Source: Salisapilia sapeloensis CBS 127946 (Eukaryota > Protista > Oomycota). Taken from it: a stretch of DNA of 64,000 bases. Where the stretch lies: positions 1 through 64,000 of the forward strand of contig JAADVB010000013.1 in NCBI GenBank assembly GCA_023334545.1. The letters are read 5' to 3'. This document shows, piece by piece, positions 1 to 10,898 of this stretch. Position numbers and translations under genes: made by a program. The notes under the pieces were generated by a model, which saw only the letters and a program-made list of their open reading frames with translations, was not told where the DNA came from and searched no databases. The stretch's first letter is position 1, and each line of letters opens with the position of its first letter.

Positions 1-62
1 CTCAGTGGTAGAGCATTCGATTGCAGCTCGAAGGGTCACTGGTTCAAATCCGGTCTCGCGCT
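1..62 (+). tRNA. tRNA-Cys (anticodon GCA), 5' end truncated by the window edge
   Basis: D-arm CTCAGTGGTAGAGC; anticodon stem TTCGA/TCGAA (16-20/28-32) with loop TTGCAGC; T-arm ACTGG-TTCAAAT-CCGGT; acceptor 3' strand CTCGCGC; T-run follows. Confidence 0.9.
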
Positions 63-70
63 TTCTTTTT
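62..70 (+). terminator. RNA polymerase III terminator (oligo-T) after tRNA-Cys
   Basis: TTTCTTTTT directly after the acceptor stem. Confidence 0.7.
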
Positions 71-283
71 CGCTTCCATTTTTGACATCCAATCTTTTTA
101 CCTGTCCTACTGCGCGTCGCCATCCTATGCGTTAACTGGACGAAGGTTGAGACAAGCTTAGTGAAGTGAAGAATCAAGATAGATGGACAAACAGCTGAAG
201 CAGGGATAGTTTACATGTTGCGTAGTTTACAACCCAATATTCTCTGGCTGCGCAAGATTTACGACACACTGTGGACACAAACG

Positions 284-556
284 ATGAGTAGTGAGAAAGG
301 TCCATCCACATCCTTTGCTAAGGCTCCGGCGCCTCCGACTATCATCCCAGGCTACCATCAAGGCAGCCAGAGTGATTTCGGCGATGACATAGACATTGAC
401 GACATGATCGAGCGCATGGGCTGCTCTAAAACATACTATGACCTAGAGGAATGTCTCGGCGAAACGGATCGAGATTGGACGAAATGCCAGAAGCAAGTGA
501 AAGACCTGAAAGCATGCAACGATCGCATTCAAGAGCTCAAGAAGTCTAAATCATAA
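284..556 (+). CDS. COA4: Twin CX9C mitochondrial intermembrane-space protein, COA4/CHCHD8-like
   Basis: DDMIERMGC-SKTYYDLEE-C...DWTKC-QKQVKDLKA-C: two CX9C motifs after an acidic patch, matching the COA4 pattern; start set at ATG 284. Confidence 0.75.
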   Translation: MSSEKGPSTSFAKAPAPPTIIPGYHQGSQSDFGDDIDIDDMIERMGCSKTYYDLEECLGETDRDWTKCQKQVKDLKACNDRIQELKKSKS

Positions 557-716
557 ACAAACGTGGTTGCCTACGAAATACTGTATCCTATTTCAAGTCG
601 AGTTCGCAACGATTGATTCGTCTGCCATACGAGAGAGCAGGAATCAACGTTGCCTGCCTATCCATTCGGTCGACTCACCACCTTTGCTGTATACTCTAAA
701 ACGGTATTGGAGTCAT

Positions 717-2672
717 CTAATCTGACGGTGAACTTGTCGTCTCCATTTCCGACGCGCCATTGCCCTCACCGTCCGCTTCTTCAGACTGCCCCGGTCCGTC
801 CTGCCCTGCTTCTTCATCTGCAGAAAGTGGCAGTTCAGCATCGACCTGATCATCCGACACATACCACGTATCCATCGAGTCTATCTCCATCGCCGATCCC
901 TCTTCTTCCTGTCCATCCTCTTCCATCGCCAGTCGCGCATACTCTGCTCGCGCATATCGGTCCCAGTCCCTAGTCAAGACGTTAGTTTTCAATAGAAAAA
1001 ATGTAGGATACACGACGTACGTGAGCTCTGGTTCTGCCATTTGTAGACGCAAAAGGAACGGGTCTCTTTGCTCGAATTCGATAAACTTGGATAGGTTGAA
1101 GAGGACGTTAAAGAAGACACCTGCCAGTCGGATCTTGTCTCGACGTACAAAGTCTTGGAATCGGAACTCTCCCTCGAGCTTCGGGTGCAAAAGATCAGAC
1201 ATTTGGCACAAAACGTCAGCGAACGGTACGACTTCATGTCCGAGCGCTTCCATCCTGTCGATCTGATGCTGATAGAACGCTCGCATTTCGTCCGCTCGTA
1301 TGACGCCATCCTCGTCCGTATCAATGAGTTCAAACCAGTATCGAAGACTCGCGTGGTTGCTCTTGTCTTCTTCCGATAGCATAAAATAGATAAAATCTTC
1401 ATAGCTCATACTCTTCTTCTCTTCCACCGATAGCGTCTGAAGACGAGCGAACGGTCGGCGGCCGCTTTCGAAAATACGGTCGACGATCGCTCGAGTGAGT
1501 GCGTGGGACCCATATCGAACGAGGTCGTCTGGACCGAGGAGAAAGTCGTGGTCGGTATCGAGTTCCCAGAACTTGCAATACAGCACGTAAAAGTGTTCAT
1601 ACGAAAAGTAGCTGTTCACTTTGTTGATGTCTTCCTCTTCATCGACGTAGTTGAACGCTTCCAGAAGGTTACTACGTCGTAGCTTGCGGAGGGTCAGTCG
1701 ACCACTACTGTCTCGATCGACACAGTAGAAGATGCGTACGACGACTGTTAGAGCATATTTCTCCTGGAACTCTGGTGTTCCGCTGAGGAACTCGAGACCT
1801 GGATGGTACTTGAGTAGTTCATGCAAAAAGGGTGCGAAGTCATCTCGCTCTATAAAGTCTCGTTCTGGGTGCTTGATGATGCGAAAGAACCTTTCGAACG
1901 GATCGAATGGTGCTAGCTCTCGAAGCCAATAGGTATAAAACTGGTCTTTTTGGATACGCTCGATGTGTTCCCCATTCTCCATCTCTGCTTTCTCGTCCGT
2001 CGAATGTGTAGACTGCAAGATACGGCGGAAGAACGGGGCGTTAAAGAACGATGGGAACCCACATAGATCTTTCGTGATCGCGACAAAATCTTCTAGTTTC
2101 ATCCCGTCTGGAAAGTCTACGAATCGAGATTCAATGTCCTGTGTCTTGCGTTCAATCGCGCCACTTGATAAGCCTCGTAACCGACCACGACGACCTTCCT
2201 CTGGCGAGTAAAACGTTGGAATGTTCATATGATCCACAGGCTGTTGTGTCTTCACGGTGTCTTTATCTTCACTACTCTCCTCTGTCATCTCACTATCGTG
2301 ATGACCGTCCGGCGTCGACGCTTCCTGCATTTCCACATCCATCTCATCTGACTCGGATACTGGCGTTGACGGTTTGTCTTCACTATTACCGTCTCCTGTC
2401 TGGCCTTGGGTATCATGCACTTGAGCAAGTACCTTTTGGACGTATTCGAGCCTCACGTCATCCGACTCGAGCGAACGCACGTGCTCCACGAGCTCCTGTA
2501 TTTTAGTCTTGGCATCCTCCTTGGCCATGTAAAGACTGCAAACTTGTTCCAGCTTTTCCCTCACATCGTCCGACAAGTCAGAAGCTTCGATATCAGCCAA
2601 GACGCTTTGCAATTGCACTGATGACGGAGGTGAGGATGCTGGCATGTCCGCTTCGATTGCCGTTTCTGCCAT
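717..2672 (-). CDS. Protein phosphatase 2A regulatory subunit B'' (PR72/PPP2R3-type, EF-hands)
   Basis: Motifs HPGLEFL, YFSYEHFYVLYCKFWELDTDHD, YWFELIDTDEDG, DPFLLR, DWDRYARAEY; one 51-nt in-frame intron 970-1020 (GTACGT...CTAAC...TAG). Confidence 0.92.
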   Translation of the reverse strand: MAETAIEADMPASSPPSSVQLQSVLADIEASDLSDDVREKLEQVCSLYMAKEDAKTKIQELVEHVRSLESDDVRLEYVQKVLAQVHDTQGQTGDGNSEDKPSTPVSESDEMDVEMQEASTPDGHHDSEMTEESSEDKDTVKTQQPVDHMNIPTFYSPEEGRRGRLRGLSSGAIERKTQDIESRFVDFPDGMKLEDFVAITKDLCGFPSFFNAPFFRRILQSTHSTDEKAEMENGEHIERIQKDQFYTYWLRELAPFDPFERFFRIIKHPERDFIERDDFAPFLHELLKYHPGLEFLSGTPEFQEKYALTVVVRIFYCVDRDSSGRLTLRKLRRSNLLEAFNYVDEEEDINKVNSYFSYEHFYVLYCKFWELDTDHDFLLGPDDLVRYGSHALTRAIVDRIFESGRRPFARLQTLSVEEKKSMSYEDFIYFMLSEEDKSNHASLRYWFELIDTDEDGVIRADEMRAFYQHQIDRMEALGHEVVPFADVLCQMSDLLHPKLEGEFRFQDFVRRDKIRLAGVFFNVLFNLSKFIEFEQRDPFLLRLQMAEPELTYVVYPTFFLLKTNVLTRDWDRYARAEYARLAMEEDGQEEEGSAMEIDSMDTWYVSDDQVDAELPLSADEEAGQDGPGQSEEADGEGNGASEMETTSSPSD

Positions 2673-2930
2673 CGAATTCGATCCTATGATAACTCCCTTC
2701 CTACGATTGAAATGGCGTGGTCGCTATAGACGTAAGCGACGTACGAAATCACTTGAATGACGTCGTCTAGTTCAGAAGTACCTCTGGCCGTACCAAAGAG
2801 CGGTCTGAGGCACGGAAGAGGGCAGCGTCTCGGATAATAAACCTTCTTTACCTTGACCGTTCGGTCTGGAAATTGGTGGGAATAAATCGGATCTGTTGTG
2901 AATGGCGGACAAGAACTGGAGTCAAAGAGC

Positions 2931-3574
2931 ATGTGGAAGCCTGGCGGGAGGAAGCCGAAAGGTGATGACAATGCCGTCAAGGATGAGGAGAAGGCTAGAC
3001 CGACGGCCAAGTCCTCCTTGTCCCAGAAAACGCTTGCGATGAAGGTGCATTTGTGCGATTGATAGAAATACGATGGACACTCGTAACATGATGGCACGGT
3101 AGTTTATGCAACGCAAGCAGGGAAAGAAAGAGGAACCAAGCGCAGAGAGTCGTCAGCGAGACCAAGATCATTGGGTCACTGATATAGACCCGGCAGAGGA
3201 CAGGTATTATACAAAGTTAAACACAATAAGCTGCATGACTCAATCGGAATAGCTCGACGCTCGTGTGTGTCGACGACGTACGGGATCCTTCCGTTCCTCC
3301 AATCTTCGGTCGACGATCCTTTGGAGGATTTAATAAAAACGTCGAGGTACACACCATCTAACATAACCGGTAGACTTAGTACTAATTGTACTTGTAGGAT
3401 GAATATCGAGAAGCCTCTCGACGACTACGCTTTGCTGCTTCGGAAGCGAAAGAATTGAAAGAGGAGATATCACCGGAAGAAATGACGAACCGCATGATCA
3501 AGTACACAGGTCTACGTCGTGGTCCGTCCTCTGGGCAACAGGGAGGTCGATCACGCAAACGAACCAAGCGGTAA
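2931..3574 (+). CDS. MPP6: M-phase phosphoprotein 6-like nuclear exosome cofactor (4 exons, 161 aa; absent from the ORF track)
   Basis: Exons 2931-3044, 3103-3203, 3253-3346, 3398-3574 splice in frame; LSQKTLAMK|FMQR, HW and GRRSFGGFNKNVE match MPP6 family motifs. Confidence 0.8.
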
Positions 3575-3890
3575 TCTGATGCGAGTAGGTAGACTTCATT
3601 TTAATCCATCCAGTGGCCCCAATAAGCTATTTGTTGAGATAAGTGACATCTCTCCCATCGTTTCTTCTGACTGCCAAATCAGTCAATCCCATAGCGACGA
3701 TGTACCTTGCCTCTTCGCAAAGTGTAGGACCTACCACTCCATCTTTCGGCAGTGATGCAACTGTACATGGTGTGAGCAGGCATCCAGATATATAGATGAA
3801 AGGAGTTTGTAGGCATTGCAATAAGACATGACGATGAAGGGTGTGATTGTCGGTAAGGACTTTATTTACCATGGTCACAAGTGGCCACGT

Positions 3891-6205
3891 CTACCTCAAG
3901 CCAAATCCTTCCGAGTTGTTAATCGCTAGTGTCAATCGCTCCTTCATCTTGTCCTTGTCGCTATACTCAGGTAGTAACAAATGGTTGAAACTACGTTATC
4001 TCTCGTCAGTATCTACATCCATCCAACTTTGGAAATGAACGTACCAAGTATGGGCAGTCGGGAGTCTGTCCGAGTCCGGTCCATTTCGTGAGATGACAAA
4101 GTCCAGATTCTGTAGTCCACCAATGGGCACTCGGTCGCTTCCAGTCATGAACCGAAGGAACTTTTTCTTATCCTCGACGCTCAATTCGTGGACAATGCTC
4201 CAGAATTCCCTACATCCATCCTAAGTTTATACAGTACACAAGAGCAGCGGTAGTATACGTACCGAATGATCCGATGGTCTTCCGTGTACCCGTCTTCATA
4301 CCGCGTAACGTTTTCCAACGCATCAAAGTCCAGGTCTGGGCTACCACAGATAAGCAGCTGCAGCTCTTCCCATCGGAACATGTGCAGCACGTCGCTATCT
4401 GCAACAGACCTGAATCCACGTTCGAACGCCGTGTACTGCTGCTCGACGTGCTTATTGAAAGCGTAGTCAATGTACAGTCGGACGTACTCGTGCTTGTTCT
4501 CTTGTGTAACTGGAATCTGACTTCCTCCAGGTTTCAACTCGACTGTCTTCACCTCTCCGAACACTTCATACGAATACTCGAACGTCAGTTGCAACGCTTC
4601 CTCGACATCTCCTTCCAACAGTAGCAACTGCCTCAGCCCTTTTCCAAGTTCTGGGAACGCTACCTCAATGTCTTCCAACGTCAAAGGTACTTGCATCAGT
4701 TTCTTGTACACGATGTGTGGGAACTGAAGGTCGAGGATGACGCCATTGTAGATGGCGACACCGAGGAGAGTGCCAATGAGTTCAAACTCCATGGTTGACT
4801 CGAGAGAGTCACTATTGAACCATAGTACGCGTGCATCAGAGTCGTGTAGGAACATGCCAAAGGATGGATCGAGAAGCTGCTTGATGAGGATCTGGAAGAA
4901 CTCTTTCTGGACACCTCCTTCATCCACACCGTCTTCCCCGACAAACTTTACTTTTAGAGGTTTCTTGAGCATATCTGGTGTCATGCGCACTACTAGTTGC
5001 AGCGCGTCTTCAATTAAGTGATCTCGACGAACGCGGAGGACGCAATAGGCACCAAGGATTGATCGACTGACTAACGAACTACGTGCACGCATCTGCTTTT
5101 CAATATCTGAGTCGACATGCAGCACTTTTGCTTTTGAAGCAGCATCTAGAACGAAAGGAAAGTCACAGAATGATAGCTCCGAGAGCTCTCGACGTGGTTC
5201 TACAAACGGCTCGGATGTGTTCTCGTCTGCCGAGATAATGTCATGCTTCTTCTTGTAGAAGAAGAGCGAGTGCGTATAGTCATGGACGACATCGACTTCC
5301 ATATTCACTGCATCGTTATAGAAATCTTCATACGAAGTGAACGGAGTCGAACGTTCAAAGTTGAGAGCATGGAGTTCTGCCAGGACGCCACATGAAGCGT
5401 AGACTAGGTCCATCTTGCGAGAACCGTACAGACTTACAGTCACTGTCTGCTGACAGACGTCTACGAGCCTTTCTAGCTCATCGTCACTGGCATTGTGAAG
5501 CCAGAGGTTGTGCAGCAACTTCTTTGCATCAGACTGCAAGTGGTAGAAGAGTCGGCAGATGCCTCCTGTTACTTCCAAGTAGTCTGGATCAAAGACAAAC
5601 GGGAGGTCAAACAGAACGAGGAAGAAACGCAAGGAAGCCGGAGTGGTCCATGTAGAACAGACGTTCCATGGCTGATTGACGAGCGCCAAGAGAGCGTTCT
5701 TCAGAGTGTTGGTCAAGGCTTCTTGCTCGTCGCTTGGTGCAGTGGCGATGACATCATTCAAGAGCGAGAAGACGCGCGATACTTGCGAGCGGTTAACATA
5801 CCACCAATGAGGATCTGTTGTGTCAACAAAAGCGTCGTTGACTGCATCCACTTCCGAGAAGATGTGGTAGATGAGTGACTTGGCACGACGATACTCGTGC
5901 GATTCTTGCGCTTCTGTCAGTGCTTTCTGTAGCTGCGATCCGAGTGTCGACTCTGTCTGCTGTGGCACTGCAGGTATCTGCACCGATGGAGAAGGTTCAT
6001 CTACCTCCATATCTTGGTGCGATTCACTCGGATTCACCACACTCATCTCCACACTCTCATTCGTCGGTTCAGACGCTTTATCCTGACCGTTTCCAGCCAA
6101 CCGCTGCAGCTCCAATACTGTCTGTGCTGCAGCTTCATTAGGCTCGAGTCCGTTGCTTATATGCCGTGCGTAAGCCTCTCGAAAGAGCTGCGTACAATCC
6201 TCCAT
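3891..6205 (-). CDS. HECT-domain E3 ubiquitin ligase (UBE3A/HERC-like)
   Basis: [55 protein letters not shown]; introns 4210-4262 and 3991-4044, the latter splitting the catalytic Cys codon (TG|T). Confidence 0.93.
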
Positions 6206-6279
6206 CCGCTCTACTATGCTGATACTTTCAAGAAATTCGAGATAATTGTTGCTCTGGTTATTTTCTACCAATCCGAACG

Positions 6280-6295
6280 ATTCATTTTGAAATTC
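6280..6295 (+). promoter_or_regulatory. Oomycete INR/FPR core promoter element of the VHS-GAT gene
   Basis: ATTCATTTTGAAATTC fits the core CATTYBNNNWTTY consensus; 54 nt upstream of ATG 6350. Confidence 0.6.
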
Positions 6296-6349
6296 TTACC
6301 AATCAAACGAAGTGTACCTGGCGACATCACTGAAGTAGATAAAGCGAAT

Positions 6350-8108
6350 ATGGAGGCGAGGCTACGGGAATTGCGACGGCAGATGCCGAGCAAACGTGCT
6401 TTGACTTCTCAACTAGGTCAGTTTGTGCAAGAGAAGACAGTTTCTGTGCGATACACCCCTACGGAGCAGAACCGAATTAAGCGTCTGACGGAACTCATCC
6501 AGCGTGCGACGAATGACCTGGAGGGAGATTCGCAAGACACAAGTCGCATTACGGCGGTAGTAGATGCTATTAAGAGCACTAGTAACCGAAACGTGTATGC
6601 TACTATCTTTTTGGTATAATGATTGCCTCGTACTGACGTGTCGAGGTCATGTAGGATGAGGGAGGCGATTCGATATTTGCGTATTCGACTCATGGACGCG
6701 TCGCCTCGTGTCGTGATCAACGCCTTGATTGTAACGGAAGAAGTGGCTCGACAGGGTGGGCAATTCGTGCATGCTGAAATCTCGACGGAGGGATTTATGA
6801 ATGAAATCGAGGACGTGTACAAGGTACTTTTATTCCTATTTCGCATGAAACTCAGCTAATCTCTTGACTCTATCGACATAGGCTCATGCGAATAAACGTG
6901 GTCGAGACAGTATGGAGATCACGGAACTCGTCACGGAACTCGTACAGGCATGGGGAGAAGCCTTTATGCCACACAAGGTACTTGTTATTTACATCTATGC
7001 GAGCCGATTGGAAACTGACTTGGAACTAGTACGAGTACCCGTATGTGATAGCTACGTATCAGCGTATGCGTCAGAAAGGAGTACACTTTAATAAGAAAGC
7101 GAATCGAGACAAGATGCCGACGATCGGATCGACTTCCACCTCGAGTCGCTCATCCCGAACTTCTCGTTCTTCATCTACACCTCCGCGACCTGCCAGTAAA
7201 AGTGCATCGCACCAATCGAGTGAATTTGCGAATCTGACTCCGTCTGAGATCTTCACGACTGCCACGAGTATCAATGAAATGTTCGACGACATGTTGTTCG
7301 AAGCAGAGAAAGCGTCTGCTCCATTGGGCAACAAGGGAGTCATTGCTGATCTAGCGAGTCAAAGTCGAGAGCTCGTACAGCGTCTAGAGAGCGTCATCCA
7401 AGTGGCAGCAACGGAAGGGCAGGAGGATATTGAAAGCTACTTGAAACTCAATGACAATTTACATGCGTCTCTGACCAAGTACGACCAGTTGCGTGGAAAG
7501 AGTCAGATGAAGCAAGGCAAGAAGGAGACAGCAAGTACGAGCAAGAAGCAAGAAGTCGAGGATGAAGGAGACGATGATCCGTTTAATGACTTTGTCAAGT
7601 CTAGATACACGACATCTTCGACTAGTAAAAAATCCGAGGAAGAGGATCCGTTCGGAGACTTTGTCACGGCCAGGACGGATAATGGGCACAAGACAGAGAC
7701 GGCTACTTCGAACCATGGACAGAAGACGGCGAGTGTTAGTGATGACATCCTAGACCTCTTTAATACACCGGCACCTCAGCCTACAACCGCTACGAACCAG
7801 ACGGCATCTCCGTTTGATGATCTATGGGGTCAGTACTCCTTCCTAAGCAGTAAGAGATGATACTCATCCATGTATGTAGGTTCCAATGGACAGACACAAG
7901 CGAGCGCACCTGCTGCAAACGATAGCAATCCCTTCGACGCGTTCGAGTTTGAGCAAAAAGTAAGTTGATCATCTTCCTCCTACACGACTTGTTCTGATAG
8001 CTCGAGTAGGCGTCCATTGCACCCAAGAAGGAGGAAGATCCGTTTGCGTCCTTGATGCCTGCGCCAAGTGCATCGAACGCATCGAAACCGTTCAACCCCT
8101 TCGACTAA
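6350..8108 (+). CDS. VHS + GAT domain endosomal adaptor (TOM1-like) with DPF/NPF-rich tail
   Basis: VHS-like helices across spliced exons (MREAIRYLRIRL...ELVQAWGEAF); GAT helix (YLKLNDNLHASLTKYDQL); tail with DDPF, EDPF, SNPF and terminal FNPFD*; several short introns. Confidence 0.8.
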
Positions 8109-8165
8109 GACATACAAGACTCATTCTTCCCATAAATTTCTTTCCATTCATTAAGTCTCTCCTAC

Positions 8166-9248
8166 TTACGCATGCTGGCTACTGGGTGCCTGGTTGCTCA
8201 CATGCTCGGTAGCACCCTTTCCTTTTTCCTTGGCTGTTGTAGTGGCCTTGGTCACATTTGCGCTTAATTTTTCCGCAGCATTCTCACCCTTCTGCTTCGC
8301 ACCCTTCGCGAATTCCTCCGTTTGGTTGTTTGCATTCTGTTTGACATTCTCGGCTACCTCGTTCGCCTTCTTCACGGCCGATTCCGCTTGGCGCTCCCCG
8401 TTCTTCTTCATCTTGGTCGCCATGTCTTCGTCCGTCTGACCAGTCTTTTGCTTGGCCATTTCAACCGCCTTGTTCGTCGTGTCGAGCACTTGCTGCTCGA
8501 CTTGTTGCGCTCCTTCTGACTGACTCGCGGCAATTTTGGCATGACGCAGCGTCTCGGAAACGTAGTCGAGCGACTCATTCACCACGTTGGCGCCGAGCTT
8601 GACCGCCCTGGTACCGATACCGAGCGTCACGTAGCTGTCGATCTTGGCAGCCTTTCTCGTGACGCCAAGGTAGTCATCCCAAGCCCACACACGTGCCAGA
8701 GCACCTTGCGCTTTCGCACTCGCCCCCGTGCTGTTGTCCGCAAACTCGAGCAGACGCACACCTTCACCCGTGACAATGCTTAACTTCATGTGCAAGTCGT
8801 TCGCGAGCGTCTTGAAGTAGTCGATCGCAGACGTTAGCGAGCTTGATGCCTTCTGACGAGTATTCTGCGTCAACTCTTCTAGGCTCTTGAGCGGCGACAT
8901 TTTAGAGCCAGTCTGCTCCTGCAGCATTCGGTCGTACTCTTCTGCCTTCTCCTGGAGCTTCTCGAGCGACTGCTGCGTCTTGTGGAGACTGTCATACGCA
9001 GCCTGCATGCCTTCCTCGGATCCATTCTTCGACTTATCCACAAGCTGCTTGGACGACTCGCTTAAAGTCTTGACAGAATCGGTCGTCGCGTCCAGACCTT
9101 GTTCAAGATACGAGCTCGTCGTCTCGGCAATCTTCTCGTCCTTCTTATACTTTTCGACTCGAGCTTTCAAGTCCTCCAAGTAACTTGTCGTGTGTTCAAC
9201 ACTATTGTCGATTTGCTTCTTGGCATCTTCAAAGCGATCGTTGTTCAT
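8166..9248 (-). CDS. Amphipathic-helix protein, paralogue 1 of tandem trio, with LEA-like C-terminal extension
   Basis: About 360-aa ORF from ATG 9248; shares TxYLxxL...SYxxxGL, KxxEYD and WDxxLGV..AAKID motifs with neighbours. Confidence 0.75.
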   Translation of the reverse strand: MNNDRFEDAKKQIDNSVEHTTSYLEDLKARVEKYKKDEKIAETTSSYLEQGLDATTDSVKTLSESSKQLVDKSKNGSEEGMQAAYDSLHKTQQSLEKLQEKAEEYDRMLQEQTGSKMSPLKSLEELTQNTRQKASSSLTSAIDYFKTLANDLHMKLSIVTGEGVRLLEFADNSTGASAKAQGALARVWAWDDYLGVTRKAAKIDSYVTLGIGTRAVKLGANVVNESLDYVSETLRHAKIAASQSEGAQQVEQQVLDTTNKAVEMAKQKTGQTDEDMATKMKKNGERQAESAVKKANEVAENVKQNANNQTEEFAKGAKQKGENAAEKLSANVTKATTTAKEKGKGATEHVSNQAPSSQHA

Positions 9249-9438
9249 GTTTCTACTGTCGAGCTGAAGAGACTTGTGGTCGAGACGGAAAATCCGATTG
9301 TGAGCATCTCGTTGCTTTTCGAATTTTTCTTCTCCGTTTCGTCGAAATTTACGTTTTTTCTTCTCATTGACGACGACAATGTCGGTGTTCAGGATCAAAA
9401 CGATTTGCTTTCGAAGAGATGGAAAGATAGGATTGGAT

Positions 9439-9885
9439 TTATTTACTAGTAGGGGCATGCACGCGATTAAAAATGTGCGATGTGCGGTCGGTTAGTTTAC
9501 TCAGAAAGTGATGTAAGCGACGTGGAGAGGGATCTTGCTGACCGTTACGGACGCTCACGGAGATTTTGGCGTCATACTCCTTCGCCATCGTTTGGAGGCC
9601 AGTAAGCGACGAGACTAACGACTCGAGCGACTGGCGTGCCGCATCCACTGCCGGATCGGACGTTTCCTCTGACTGGTCGTTCAGTCCACTCGTCAACGTT
9701 CGCAGCTCTTCCACGGCCTCTCGCGTGCTTTTCAAACCGGCGCGAAAGTAGGATACTGCGCCATCCGACAGCTTGCTTTGCCGGTCGTATTCTTCCAACT
9801 TTGTCTCCAGTTCATCCAAATATGTCGTCGTCTCATGAATCCCATCTTCCAATGATGATCGAAGCGTAGCTGTGTCGTCGCCCAT
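9439..9885 (-). CDS. Amphipathic-helix protein, paralogue 2 of tandem trio (N-terminal half only)
   Basis: ETTTYLDELETKLEEYDRQSKLSDGAVSYFRAGL and AKEYDAKI align to paralogues 1 and 3; lacks the WDxxLGV half. Confidence 0.65.
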   Translation of the reverse strand: MGDDTATLRSSLEDGIHETTTYLDELETKLEEYDRQSKLSDGAVSYFRAGLKSTREAVEELRTLTSGLNDQSEETSDPAVDAARQSLESLVSSLTGLQTMAKEYDAKISVSVRNGQQDPSPRRLHHFLSKLTDRTSHIFNRVHAPTSK

Positions 9886-10009
9886 TTTGAAATGAGAGAT
9901 TCGCATCGAAAATCATGCCGGATAGACCATCTCATGTGCGAAATTTCGAGTACCGCATCAAAGAAAAGATAAACGAAAGAAAATATCTTGCTTTATATTA
10001 AGAAAATGG

Positions 10010-10795
10010 CTACAAGGTCTTCGTCTCCGGCGACGGCGTCGTCTCCGTTGCCGGCGCTGCATTCGGATTGTCTGTAGACGCCTTGACGCTAGCCAGCGAG
10101 CTGTTCACATACTCAACGCCGTTGTTCACGAGCTCGGTGCCTTTCTGCACGAGGTTTGCGCCCATACCACCGCTCACACTGTTGTCAACCTTGGCTGCTG
10201 TTGAAGACACACCAAGCGATTGGTCCCAGCTGGACACTGTGCTGCTAACAGAAGTGGCAGCTCCCGAGATGGCCTGGCTGACGCCGTAACGCTCATCGAT
10301 GGATCCAGCAGTTTGCAATGCCGTGCCTGCCGCTGCGGTGGAGTACTGTCCGATGAGCTCTTGGATACGAGACACTTGTTCCTTGACCTGCTGGAACGCA
10401 GGGGTCGTACCCGTCGCGTCCATCGCCGACGTCACGGAGGCGCGGAACTTGTCATCGTACTCTTTTCCCGTTACTTTTAAACCTTCAAACGACGTCTTTG
10501 CCTGCTCCACAGCACCTTTAGCAGTCTGCATGAGCGAAGCCGATGTATTCGTGCCTTGCTCCTGGATCTTCGCACTCACTTCACGCAGTGACTCAAGGGA
10601 CTGACGAGAGCGGTCGAGCGCCGGTTGCATGTACGACGAGGCTGTCTCCGAGACCTTGTACTGTTCATCGTACTGCTGCAGTTGCTTCGTGACTTGGTCC
10701 AAGTACGTCTTCGCTTCTTCCGTACTCTGCGAGATCTGTTTCTCGAGTTTCGTCACTTCTTCCTGTGCTACTTGTCCGTTCGTGCTGTCCGACAT
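10010..10795 (-). CDS. Amphipathic-helix protein, paralogue 3 of tandem trio
   Basis: EAKTYLDQVTKQLQQYDEQYKVSETASSY, GKEYDDKF, SWDQSLGVSSTAAKVD; INR/FPR element 16 nt upstream supports ATG 10795. Confidence 0.8.
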   Translation of the reverse strand: MSDSTNGQVAQEEVTKLEKQISQSTEEAKTYLDQVTKQLQQYDEQYKVSETASSYMQPALDRSRQSLESLREVSAKIQEQGTNTSASLMQTAKGAVEQAKTSFEGLKVTGKEYDDKFRASVTSAMDATGTTPAFQQVKEQVSRIQELIGQYSTAAAGTALQTAGSIDERYGVSQAISGAATSVSSTVSSWDQSLGVSSTAAKVDNSVSGGMGANLVQKGTELVNNGVEYVNSSLASVKASTDNPNAAPATETTPSPETKTL

Positions 10796-10811
10796 GATCT
10801 TCTTTCGTGGT

Positions 10812-10827
10812 AAATTTCCAAATGATT
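10812..10827 (-). promoter_or_regulatory. INR/FPR core promoter element of paralogue 3
   Basis: Minus strand AATCATTTGGAAATTT, exact fit to CATTYBNNNWTTY. Confidence 0.6.
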
Positions 10828-10898
10828 GCTTTATGCACTTTCGAATTTTTAGGATCAGAAAAAGCGAATCTTCTACGTAGAGTACATTGGTGGTACAG

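Noticed and set aside
650-2621. Multiple 60-140 aa ORFs antisense or out of frame to the PP2A B'' gene, and similar shadow ORFs over UTP10, CCT4, RAD16 and others
   Set aside because: Expected shadows of long ~50% GC coding sequence; no motifs or independent promoter signals
3627-3878. 83-aa minus-strand ORF between MPP6 and HECT 3' ends
   Set aside because: No recognisable motif or splice support; more simply overlapping 3' UTR space
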